A stretch of 63,144 nucleotides of DNA, the filler included, from Intoshia linei (Eukaryota; Animalia; Orthonectida): the NCBI GenBank assembly GCA_001642005.1. It is 8 parts of 8 records of this genome, joined end to end, with 100 filler letters (N's around TTAATTAATTAA, not from the genome) between each part and the next. Parts side by side here need not be neighbours in the genome. Positions count along the whole stretch, not along the records: positions 1 to 14,585 come from LWCA01000952.1; 7 more parts are not named here. The stretch is one strand, 5' to 3'. The notes beneath the pieces were generated by a model. That model saw only the letters and a program-made list of their open reading frames with translations. It made no database searches and had not been told where the DNA came from. The translations under genes were made by a program, and so were the position numbers. Of this stretch, positions 1 through 11,500 are shown one piece after another; within the stretch, counting starts at the first letter, position 1; every line of letters begins with the position of its first letter.

Positions 1-197
1 TATTTTTAATGTAATCAAATAAACTTTTTAATTTTGTTAAAAAACGACCTAATACATATAAATGAATGTAATTTACATTATATTTTAGTTAATATTTATT
101 TCAAGTTGATAATTAAAATTTAATTGATACGTAAATGTTGAAATCAATTTTTTATAATTATTAATTAGAAAAAATAAAAATAGTGAATTAAAATTAC

Positions 198-1485
198 TGA
201 TCAGATTCATTTGTAATGTAATTATGACATATACTGAGTATTTTGTCCAAATCAACGGAGGAATTTAGTCTTGCAAAATCGTTATCTTGAATTATATATA
301 CATTTTCAAAATCTGAGCATTCAATATCCATCCAACTACAGTAAATTTTTTTCCTAATGGACTTTTTTGCTATTTTTTCAAAATGAGCCAAAACATGTTC
401 GACATGAAGTAAATACATTTCGTGAATTTTGTAATTATGGAATATTTCATAATGCAAGATTTTTTCTATAATGGGCAATGACGCATTATTAATGTTTTTT
501 GGATCTAGATCCCTTTCTTTATATTTACCCTCAGCAGTATCTATACTAAGGTGGTTGATAAGGCAATTTAATAAATAAGCAGGTCGTAAATGAGGAGAAT
601 TTTTACAATTAAAGCTACACTCTGGGTGAATGTCTAACCACTCACTATCAGTAGCAGTATGGTTGAGAACAACGTCGGTGATGCTCAAAATATTGTATTT
701 CGTTCGAATATAATCCAAAAACACACCAATATTCTCATACGAAAGATTTAAATTAGTCCCACATATATTTTGGTTTATCTTCAATTGATCTTTGATACAA
801 TACGAAGAATTTGATTTCCCCAGTTCCTGTATCGGCGTCAAATGGATCATGTTATATTTAGCCAATATTGCGCTCTGGATCACTTCTTCCCATTTTCTGA
901 AAGGCCCCATTAATTTAGTTATGAAGGTTTGACACATTATTTGATTCATTGCCAAACCATGTTGTAATTTGTTAAAACAAGGGTTGACTATAAAATAACC
1001 GCCTCCACATTTACTCGAATGACTAAATGAATATTTTATATAAATATGGATAATAGAACCTCCCATCCAAAGTGAAAAAATATTTATGAGAGCCAGGAAT
1101 GCTTAACAAACAGGATGCATAATCTTCAAAATTCATATATTGAAACAAATCATCGTGGTATGTTATCTTTTGCCATTTAATTTCATAGAATAATAAAGCA
1201 GCGTCTGAGTTTAATAATAATAAATCTTCTTTTGATGGTTGCCAAACGGGTTCTTGGTTTTCCAATACAGGATGAGTACAGAATAAACGAATATTTCTAT
1301 ACCCAGTCAAAAAATAAGACTTTACAAAACGCAATTCAATATCTATATTTACATTGTAACGAAACAAAATATATAAGAATACCAATGTCAAAATATAAAA
1401 GTCTGTCTTCGTAAAATTCTTTATTTTTGATGGGGATTATTCTAATAATTGAATCATCCATTTCTTGGTCAATTTCGTCACTCAT
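198..1485 (-). CDS. AGL: Glycogen debranching enzyme, 5' part (exons ~1485-1383, 1342-1060, 1022-198); continues beyond the window start
   Basis: Spliced translation MSDEIDQE..IIRIIPIK..LLYFDI/DIELRF..LFCTHP..GSHKYFF..GGGYFIVNP..CQTFITKLMGPF..YNMIHLTPIQELGKSNSSYCIKDQL..SITDVVLNHTATDSEWL..HPECSFN..SPHLRPAYLL matches the N-terminal glucanotransferase region of eukaryotic AGL. GT-AG introns at 1343-1382 (40 nt) and 1023-1059 (37 nt); next donor GTAATT at 197. Confidence 0.95.
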
Positions 1486-1901
1486 TTTAATTGATAATTA
1501 GTAAACTATAAAATAAATTGTTTTATGTAATTTTATTTTTCAAGTCTAATCCAATATTTCGATATTTAAGTAAACTAGATTTAGCAATTTACTTTAAGCG
1601 CATTTATTGTTGAATTTTAAAAACTAGTTTCTAACAAACATGTTTATTATAACAGAGCATCAATGATTCAGTATAACATTTTTTATGTGTTTTTTGAATA
1701 GCTAACCCAGATTTTTATAACTGATTTACAGTTTTTATATGTAGTTAACAGTTTTAGTATCTCAAATAAATTCATTTTTGTAGAGCACCATATTCTTAAT
1801 CAATACTAAGTTATTCTGGGAAACCAAAACAACTACTATAGATAAATGTGTAGTTAATTATAAATATTATACTTTACTTTACATATTGATAGTAATTATC
1901 T
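1486..1901. promoter_or_regulatory. Putative bidirectional promoter between AGL and the PLEKHB-like gene
   Basis: Divergent start codons (1485 on -, 1902 on +) are separated by only 416 nt with no obvious TE. No specific motif identified. Confidence 0.5.
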
Positions 1902-3459
1902 ATGAACATAATAAAAAGTGGACTGTTACAATATTATCAACGTAATATCAGCTCGGAATATCTGTTTTAATTCAATTTAGATGGTTTTTGTAGTAGTAAA
2001 TGGAAGTCTTTTTATATTGAGTTATATGATGATTCTTCTTTGTTTTGGTATGACAATAATAAAAGAAAAAAACCGAAAGGTTCCATCAATTTAAAAGTAA
2101 TACTCTATTGTTGGTATAAAATTTCAAAATTTAGAAATACATCCTTTTTTAAATAAGAAAAAATATTCATTATAATAATGATTATTTCTTATTTTTTTTT
2201 AATTAATGAAATCAAATTTTAGAATGTCAAAAATTATTTGGCGATTGGACCCTTCACAAGACCCATTCCTAATAGACCTGGATTACCAGGTTATTGCACA
2301 GAATCATTATATTTTGCCATTCCCAGTCAGCCTAATAAAAAATCCAAAGTTCATTGGTTTCTTTTCTCAAACGAAGAAGATTTGAGGTAGTGTTTTGAAG
2401 CCATTTAAAAAAAAATTTAGACAATGGATGTTTGCAATATCTAAAACAGTATCTAAAACATTTTTAGTCAAATTAATTTTATTTTATTAGCTACCAAAAC
2501 CGCAAAATATTGCTCCTACTAACCCCAGTAATTGAATATATGCATTGATATAATATATTTCAGATGAACCGAAGCCTCCGTCATACACACAAACCGACAC
2601 TGCCACTCCATATCCAAGTAACACCAACAATATTAACCCTGCAAATAATTCTGTGACTAATACTAATACTGCGAATAACACACAACAAAGATCAGGAATC
2701 ACTGAAAGAGTAATTTATAGAGATAGAGATCGCGATCGATACGGCGGAGGAGGAGGTGGTCTAGGAGGTGGAAATTTTTTGACAGGTAATACCAGCAACC
2801 GAAATAATACTAAACTACAAAATAGGTATGGCTCTTGGAGGGTTCATTGGCTATGGATTTGGTGGTGGTTGGGGGCATCACGGGTGGGGTCACTACGATA
2901 ACGACTATAATGTTACAAATGTAACGAATGTCAACAACAATGAAGTTAATAATTATTACGACGAAAATAACAATGACGAATTTGAAGCTGACGATAATGG
3001 TCAAAATGTTGATCAAAATATAGGAGAAGGAGCTGGATATGGAGATGTCACAACAAATTTCCAGGGTGCTGGTTATACTGAAACAGGTAATTAATATTTA
3101 AATATTGAAGTTATGATTGACAGTGCTTAGAATAAGCAACTATAAATTAATTTTGTTGTGGATTAATTTAAGTTTGATAGTTGTGTCAATTTTTTAGGTG
3201 AAAAGGTGGCCCTAGTTATTACCACAATATTTTCTAGTTAATATTTATTTTTTAAATGTTGAATTATTTGACTGTTTATAATTATAATGACTAAATTCAA
3301 GATCAAAATGTGAACGACCATGCCGATGATTATGCTGCTGATGATTATGCCAACGATTATGGAGGTGATGATTATGGCGGTTATGGCGGAGATGACTACG
3401 GTGGAGGTGATGATTTTGGTGGTGGTGACTTTGGAGGTGATTTTGGAGGCGACTTTTGA
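1902..3459 (+). CDS. PLEKHB: Evectin/PLEKHB-like PH-domain protein with Gly/Asp/Tyr-rich C-terminal extension; 8 exons, 341 aa
   Basis: Exons 1902-1941, 1981-2096, 2223-2386, 2421-2448, 2491-2527, 2564-2785, 2826-3086, 3302-3459 splice in frame via GT-AG. PH domain MNIIKSGLLQYYQHGFCSSKWKSFYIELYDDSSLFWYD..KGSINLK..HWFLFSNEEDLRQWMFAISK, a PPSY (PPxY) motif, and VIYRDRDRDR..FLTGMALGG, which resembles the evectin-2 VIIRERYR..TGMALG segment. Confidence 0.85.
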
Positions 3460-4099
3460 CATTCTGTTAAATACCAAAACAAAAGTGTTTTGTAATTATG
3501 TACAACTAAATTAAATAAAAATTTCACTATACACAAGGGTGGTCGATCTGCTGGAGCAAAGCAAATTTTTTTAAATATATAAATAATGAATTTGTAAAAT
3601 GTAAACTGAATTTTTAATATTTACAACTAAGTACAAGGAACACGGTATTTTTCCTTCATGTTTGCTAAACTTTTTGTTTTTTATTTTATGGTTGGATTAA
3701 AAGTTTTTACTCGTAAGGTTTGGTAAAATCGAAGTTCTCAAAAAAATGTAGGAAAAAAGATTTTATTTTAATTTAAGGCTTGGTAAAATTCGATTTTTTT
3801 TGGGGTTGGATTAAAAGTTTTTTTCTCACAAGGTTTTTTGTAAAATCGTAAAAAGGGTATTTTTAAATAAAGGGCTTGCAATGGTATTTTTATTAAATTT
3901 TATTAATAATGGGATAACAGTGGGATTTTTAAAATAATAATTTAGCGGTCGTCTAGGCTTTGGAATAAAATCCAAACATCTGGCAAGTCGGAAATAATCT
4001 ATTTTAATAAAAATAAATTAATTTTTTATTTTTGCTGGCAATTAAAACAGAAATGCTGGTACTAATACCAGCACGTTCTTGTTAAAATTTTGCTTATAC

Positions 4100-5150
4100 A
4101 GAATCTTTTACTATTTTAATGGTTTTAAATGCATACATTTTATTGTACGATGCTTTATAGTGAATATCAATACTGTGTAATAAAAAACTTTAATTTTAAA
4201 TATTAAATTAAAGGTCAACACACTTTATTCGTTGTAAACCCCATTGCAATGTATGAATCATGAAGCCCATAAACATTTTAAATATATTAAATTTAAAAAA
4301 AATTCAAACATGTCGCGATATCCTATGATGACTACCAACTTTGGCAAACACCGCATTTGATTAAATTAGATTAGCATCAGCCACCTCATTAGATACTATT
4401 ATAAGGGTGTCTACTTAAATCCAACCATTTTTATTTAAATGTGGATTTTTCCATTAAAGGTTGGTAAAATTAGGATTTTCCTTAGAGGTTTGTAAAAGTG
4501 GGTTATTCCTTTAAGGGTAGGTAAAACTGGAATGTTCCATTAAAAATTGGTAAAAGTGGGTTTCCCCATAAGGGTTGGTAAAATTTGAGTTTTTCCTTAG
4601 GGGTTTGTAAAAGTGGAATTTTCCCTGAAGGGCTTTAAAACCGAATTTTTCCATTAAAGGTTGGAAAAGTGGGTTTTCCCATAAGGGTTGGTAAAATTGG
4701 GATTTTTTTTTAGGGGTTTGTAAAAGTGGATTTTTAGTAAAAATGGTTGGATTTAAGTAAAAATGGTTGGGTTTAAGAATATTCTCCTATTATAATAACA
4801 ATTATCTACAGAAGTGAGTTCCAAATTAGGGATAAGCCCATCAGAAGTCTACGTTTAAATAAGGCATATATCTTAGAATATACATTACATTTTTAAATAA
4901 GTATTTAGGGGCCTACCACCCCTTCACTACCCTGGATTGGACACAATTAAATTTGATAGATACAACAGTTATGATATGAGCCATTCTTTAGCAAATAAAA
5001 TTACAACTTACAAAAATTTCCTCGATCCATACATCGAATTGGGGTATCTGGTTACGGTAGGTCCGTCACTTATTGTACATTCCAACTATGGAGGGATGAT
5101 TTACATTATAATTGTAAAAAAATGCATTAATTCTTGGCTAAGGCTATAAA
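4100..5150 (+). pseudogene. Possible degenerate 3' end of an RLE-clade (R2/NeSL/R4-like) non-LTR retrotransposon, split by the MITE at 4405-4786
   Basis: Broken-frame peptides LKLKVNTLYS, CR...PTLA, QLSTEVSSKLGISPSEVYV and ANKITTYKNFLDPYIELGYLVTVGPSLIVHSNYGG recall the end of the RT thumb, the CCHC/RH region and the K..KY..GY.V..IV endonuclease tail. Heavily decayed. Confidence 0.35.
4405..4786. mobile_element. Mutator-type MITE filled with a ~29-bp tandem array
   Basis: 9-bp direct repeat ctattataa at 4396-4404 and 4787-4795. Left end gggtgtctacttaaatccaaccattttt is inverted at the right end (aaaaatggttggatttaag, present twice). Interior has about 10 degenerate copies of (a)agggttggtaaaantgggttttccc. 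Confidence 0.8.
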
Positions 5151-5507
5151 TTTAAATATTTTCATTGCCAACATGATTTGTTGTAATTTGATGTAAACTT
5201 TTAACCTATTTTTTCCTATTGAAAATTGAAATTAATTTTTTATATTAAAATTTTAAGTTCATTTTTAATGTATCTAATGAAATTGAAAGGTTTAAAATTT
5301 AAATTAAACAATATTAATAAATTTCTTAAAATTATAAAAACTAACACACTCAACACCTGGATAAAAAAGAATAATTTCAATTTAATCAAACATTCCAACT
5401 CATACATTTCTAAATTTACCATTGGAATTTATCGTAATTTTTTGCGCTTTACATTATCGATCATTATTTTAAAATTTGAAAAATAAATTGTAATTTTAAA
5501 GAATAAA

Positions 5508-8500
5508 ATGTTGAGAGAATTACGTATAAAGGGAATCCGTAATTATAATTATGAGGATGAATCTGCAGAAGAAATTAAATTCATGTCTCCGCTAACTTTA
5601 ATTTTGGGAAATAATGGCACTGGAAAAACTACAATAATCGAAGCGTTAAAGTACATAACTATCGGTGAATTGCCTCCTGGTTATAGAAATGCACTATTTG
5701 TATATGATCCTAATTTGGCCCATACAAATTCTACTTCTGGCTTAATCAGCCTCAAATTTGATGATTGCGTAGGTCGAACATGGGAAATTCAGAGATGTAT
5801 TGTAGCTACTAAAAAAGTAATCAAAATTTGTTATTTATACTAATGGCACAGATAAAACGAATAGAACAAAGGTGTACGGATGGAATTATAACTCAAATCC
5901 AAGAAAATGGTACAAGGACTAGTCACACTTATAAAAATTATGATTTGGCCTTGCGAGTTATTTTAAATTTATTATTTCAAATAAAATTTATAGATGATTG
6001 AATTATTTGGATTAAGCAAAGCAATCATTGAACATGTTATTTTCTGTCATCAAGAAGATTCGTCTTGGTAAAATCACTAATTTATATTTTATCTCAATTT
6101 ATGCAGGCCACTCGGTGAAGGGAAAATACTTAAGGATAGATTAGATTCAATATTTTCTTTAAATAGATTATCTGAAGCTCTAGATTCTTTAAAATCTGAA
6201 AAAGCAAAATATGTACAAAGATTATGATTTAAAAATTTTACAACCTTAGGCTTCAACCATCCGCGATTTCAATATAGAACTAAAATTTTTGTTGAACAAT
6301 CGCGAAACATATTCAAAGGTTAAGATTATTTGATAAATTTAGTAGTGTTTTAGTTTTACAGTGATTATAAGCAATGTGAAAATGAATCCAACAACATTAT
6401 AAACCAATTGAATGAATTAATGACGGAAATCGATCCTATTACAGTAACTACATTTTAATTAACTTGTTAATTCATTCAAAGTACATATATTTGTATCTCT
6501 CATTGCATTTTTAGACTTTACAAAACGATTTACAAATAAAATCACAAAAAAGTTCAAAAATTGAAGATAACAAGGGTAATACATGAATGGATAAATGAAT
6601 TTCATCAATAAAACATCATTTTAGAAATATTAAGCCAACAATATACTCAAATAAAAAAGTCAAATGAAATTTTGATTAAGAATTTAAGGTTACCTTTAAT
6701 TGGTAATTGAATGTTTTTTACTATGCATTGTAATAATTTTTATAGAAAAAGATTCCATTAAATTTGAAATTGATAAAATAGAAGAAAATAAAACAAATTT
6801 AAATATCTACATTAATCAAGTATTTGAATTTTATTTTGTAAAAATTTAAAAAAATAATAAACAGATAAAAAATAAACTGGAGAGAAAAGAAGATGAACGT
6901 AAAGAATTAAGGTCGAAACGTTCAAATTTTTTAATTGAAAGTGGAAAACGTCAACAATATATGATGGTTCTATTACTACTATTTTACAAAAAACGTTAAT
7001 ACATACCAAAAATTATGGTACTGTGGTTTTGTGAAAAAAAATTATTTTTCCCATCAATTTTTCATCTTTTTGTCAATTAGTATTGTAGAATTTTAAATCT
7101 ACATCTATTAATAATGATATCATGTTTTCATTTACAGTTTAAATTTTAAATTATTATGGATAATAATGGGTGTTACTATTGGTTATTGTTATGGTTTTAT
7201 TGGGATCGACATTTGTTTATTTGATGTATTCAATTTAGACTTTTATCGAAGAAATTAACCAAACAATTGAAAAATTAAACAAATTAAACGAAACTTACTC
7301 AATATTGGAGAACATGAATATAAAAAAACAAAAAAATTTAAATTCCGAAAATGTACAAAATATTGTAGCAAAGTTTAAATTTTCTAAAAATTTAATTTAT
7401 AATCAATATATTGATTTGAAAAATGATTTTAACGAAAAAAAAGAAAATTTTGATATTAATTTTGATAAATATAAAAGCAAATATGAACAAGTGCAAAAAT
7501 TATTAATACAATTACAAGAAAAAATTAAAATTTTTCAGGAAGAAAAAGTAAAATTACTATTTATCAAATACAATCAAACTTTAAATGTTTGTAATTTAGT
7601 ACATTTAGTTAACCACTACAAAAAAATTAACCGATATTACCTATAGCTTGAAAACTAAAAATAAAACTCTTGATGTTATTGAAAACTATCAAAAAGAAAT
7701 TGAACGAAAAGTATTGTTTATTTCTGTTTTCGCCAAAGTGGGTGGACCGCTGGTTTGAGGTGTCGCGACTTCATTTTATTGGGTTCTCGGATAGTATACA
7801 TCAGAGGTGGGGAAGCATTTACTGTTCGATAGACGCACTAATTTCCCCAAAAATTTAATAGGGTCGCACCTTTGTAATTAAATACAGCAGTGCTTCTCAT
7901 GGGGGTGAATGATAAATTTTTAGCATATTTTATTCAATTTAGTAAAATTGTTATGAGAAAAAACCAAAATTTTGCCTAATTTTAAATCAAAAATCCCTGT
8001 ATCTAATCCAAAAAAAACAAACATTTTACCAACCCTTAAGGAAAAAAACCGCTTTTATAAATATTTTACTGAAAAATTATTATTGTATAAATAATATAAT
8101 TCAAATTGTGTAGAAGGCCGTACTATCCCCACCTCTGGTATACATCATCGTATTAGTATTTTGCATTATATAAAATTACAATACAATTTTTTCAAAGGGT
8201 GACACTATTATTTTTTACTCCTACAGGGCGGCGCGAAAACACTTTTGGCGACTACTGGTTTAATTTTTTTATAGAAACTATCTTTAAATGAAATAAACAA
8301 TTCATTTGATGATAGAGAACAAGATAATATTGATTTAAATCGAACTGAAATTAATACATTGTCTAAAAAATTGAATGACATAAAGTAATTATTATTTACT
8401 AATATAAGTAACTCGTGACTTGGAAACCTACACCGACCGAGATTTTCCAATTTAACCCGTTGGTGTCTGTAAAAAAATTTATTCTCCGTACAATATTATA

Positions 8501-11500
8501 ATTTTCTCTTTTTATTATTGGTAAATGATGATCCCCTATAATTTCCGATATATAAATTTCACTTTCACTCTAATGCAGTAGTTTCCGATTGGGGTCCAAA
8601 ACTATATGTCCGGGTCCATGAGATTCAAATAAAATATGAAAAAAAATGTATAGGATAATTTTTAATATTTATTACAGAATTTCCAGATGTTTGAAATTTA
8701 TCCCAAAGCCTATACGACCGCTACATTATTTCAAACACCCCACTTTTATTCCACCATAAATAAAATTTACAGTATCATAAATTAATAAAAAATTCCATTT
8801 CAAAAACTCAGGCAAAAATCCATTTTTAATTTAGGAAAAACCCTTTTTTCCAATTTTTTTTTTAAAATGATTTAACCAAATTTTTTTATAAATGTTTTAT
8901 ATTTCATGTTTCTTTCGTGGTCCAAAAAAATAAATGAGATTTTGAAATGTGGATCCGTACAACATTTGAATCGGGAACCAATGCTCTAATTATATACAAT
9001 TGGTACCACTATAAAAAAATTAAATTTTAGTCAATGATTAGAATGAATATTTTTAATCTTGAACTCGGTCCTCCTGTAACCACACCTCGGGTCTGCTGCA
9101 GGTTTTCGCCCCAAGTTAGTTACTAAAAATATTATTGTGATTGCTCCATTCTTTCAAAATATTACATTGTACAATATATAATATTGTATAATATTATAAT
9201 TCTTTTGAATGTCAAATTTAAACTATCAGATGCAGGTCCGTAAAAAGTGGTTAGGGAATATATCATTACGCATCGTATGCGGATTAATTTTAATTTTCGG
9301 TGACCTCGAAAACTGTAGGTTCGGCTCTGCGTGGAGAAGTTGAAAAGAGTCTGTTTTACATGACACAGTTAAGCTATATTAAGACTATGGAAAAATGTTA
9401 TTTTTATTTCACTTTTTAATTAACTCATTTTAGTACTATTCTTGAAAATTTACATTCGAATCTATCCAAATTCACTAAATTCAAATGTATAAATGATAAT
9501 ATAAAAAATTTAGAAAATACAATTGAAAAAGAGTAATACACATATTTATTGTAACAATAAAGTATTTATATCATTAGATTTAACACAATACACACCAAAT
9601 GGAAAAAATGTGGATATGAAGCTATAGGCATTGAGCACATCAACATTTCAATCTTTGAAAAAAATATTAAGTTTGTATTTATACATAATAATGTAATCCC
9701 TTTTCAGACAAAATAAAGTGTTAATGCAAAATAAACATTCAGAAATTGTGGAAATTTCAAACAAATTAGTTACAACAAAATCTAGAATCAAAGAATTAAA
9801 GTATTCCATTAATATCAATAAATAGATTAATTTAGATTACAATCATGTCAGCTTGAAAAAAAATTGAAAGGTTCATTTATAAAATTTGTTTAATTATATT
9901 TTAGAGTATGAAAAGGATATTATTGAATCCGATGATATTGAAAAAATGAAAACACTTTCAGTTAAATTAAAAAAAACTGAAAGGTAACATTTTAAATGTG
10001 AATTATACACTTTAAATAGACAATTATATATGAATGTGGGTGCTCAATTGTACTTTAAAAAATTCTTGTCAAATTTGGAGAATCAAAACACTCAATGCCC
10101 TTTGTGTGAAAGTTGTGTGTTTGAAAAGTTGGATATTCAGATTGAAAAAGTTAAAGTCGTCATGAATTATGTAATTATGCATATATTTAGATAAAAAGGG
10201 AAATACGACTCAAGGAAGATACTATTGACAATTTAGAAAATAGAAAACATAATTTGAGTGAAGAGGTAAAGCAATATAGTCATTTAGAAGGTGCAACCTT
10301 TATGATGAAAGAAGTCAATAAAATTAATCAAATTGAAATACCCAACATAAATAAAGAAATATCAACATTGATGGAGAAAATTGGTGAATTTAATGACGAA
10401 ATTAAAATGGTTTGTATATTTTAACGTTTATTATTTTTATATAGAAAAAACAAGAATTATCAAATTTGGGGTTCATTGATGAAACTTTATCAAATATAAA
10501 ATGTTCATTTTTGTCTGTTGATGGTTTAAAAAAAAATATTGATATTAACAAGGAAGAATTGTTGCAATATTCATCATTTATAAATAAAAACAATATCGAT
10601 AATCAAGAAGATGAATTAAAACGTTTAAATGTTGAAAGAAAAATTATTATCGATAAAATTGATAGTTTGAGTAAAATTAATGAAATTAAAAGAGTTAAAA
10701 TTAATGATCACATGTCTTCTTCTGCGAAAATCAATTCAACTATAAATGAATTATCTTCTAAAGTATTAAAACTTAAAAGTAACCTCTCTGAGGATAGTTT
10801 TAATGCACTATCGGTAAATAAAATGAAAGAGTCTCTGGAAAAATTGAAACTTGCCATTTTTGAATTGAAAAAAGAACAACCTTTAATCAAGGATAAATCT
10901 GATAAATACAAAAAAAAAATGGACAAATATACAAACAAACATAATATAGAAAGCGAAAAGTACAGAGCAGATGTAACTTGTTTAGAAAGCGCAATTTCCA
11001 GTATTGATGAGTCTCTTGAAAGGATTGATACGTTTGACGAAAAAAAATGCTTATCTGAATTAAAAATAAAAATTGACTCTACCGATGAAAAAATTGGAAA
11101 GATAAATGACAGAATCTCACAATTACAAAACCAATTAGCTGAATCTCTTAATGATGATACTTATGCACAAGTATAATTTAAAATTGACACATCTTTTCTA
11201 CATGGGATCGAAGGCTTTAACTCTTTTCATGTAAAAAAACAAAAATTTTAAATTACATGTACTTGAACATGCAATATCATTTATATCAAGGTCACGGGGA
11301 GCCAACTGTCGACCCGTCCAGTTGAAAATGTAGTCTAATACTAAAAAGTACACTGTGTTCCCGATCAGGTTGTTTGCACAGCTCGTTAATATTTTAATAT
11401 TAGATTTTTTTGACATCTTTAAAATTTTTTTTAACATTACTTATTAATTTTGAATAATACCCAACTCCAAGGTCCTGATTATATTGGTACGTAAGTTATC

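Noticed and set aside
3238-3514. ORFs 3238-3477 (-) and 3320-3514 (+) with hydrophobic or Met-rich translations
   Set aside because: Shadow frames of the GGDDY/GGDF-coding last exon of the PLEKHB-like gene.
4440-4740. Regularly spaced ~29-bp repeats resembling a CRISPR array
   Set aside because: Units are contiguous and degenerate with no unique spacers, there are no cas genes, the context is eukaryotic, and the array lies within TIRs and a TSD.
5226-5486. Overlapping AT-rich ORFs upstream of RAD50 (5226-5486 +, 5240-5422 -)
   Set aside because: Low-complexity K/I/N/F composition expected by chance in AT-rich promoter DNA; no splice or homology support.
5508-5843. SbcC/SMC-like ATPase as part of a prokaryotic defence system
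   Set aside because: It is the first exon of an intron-rich eukaryotic RAD50; there is no operon context.
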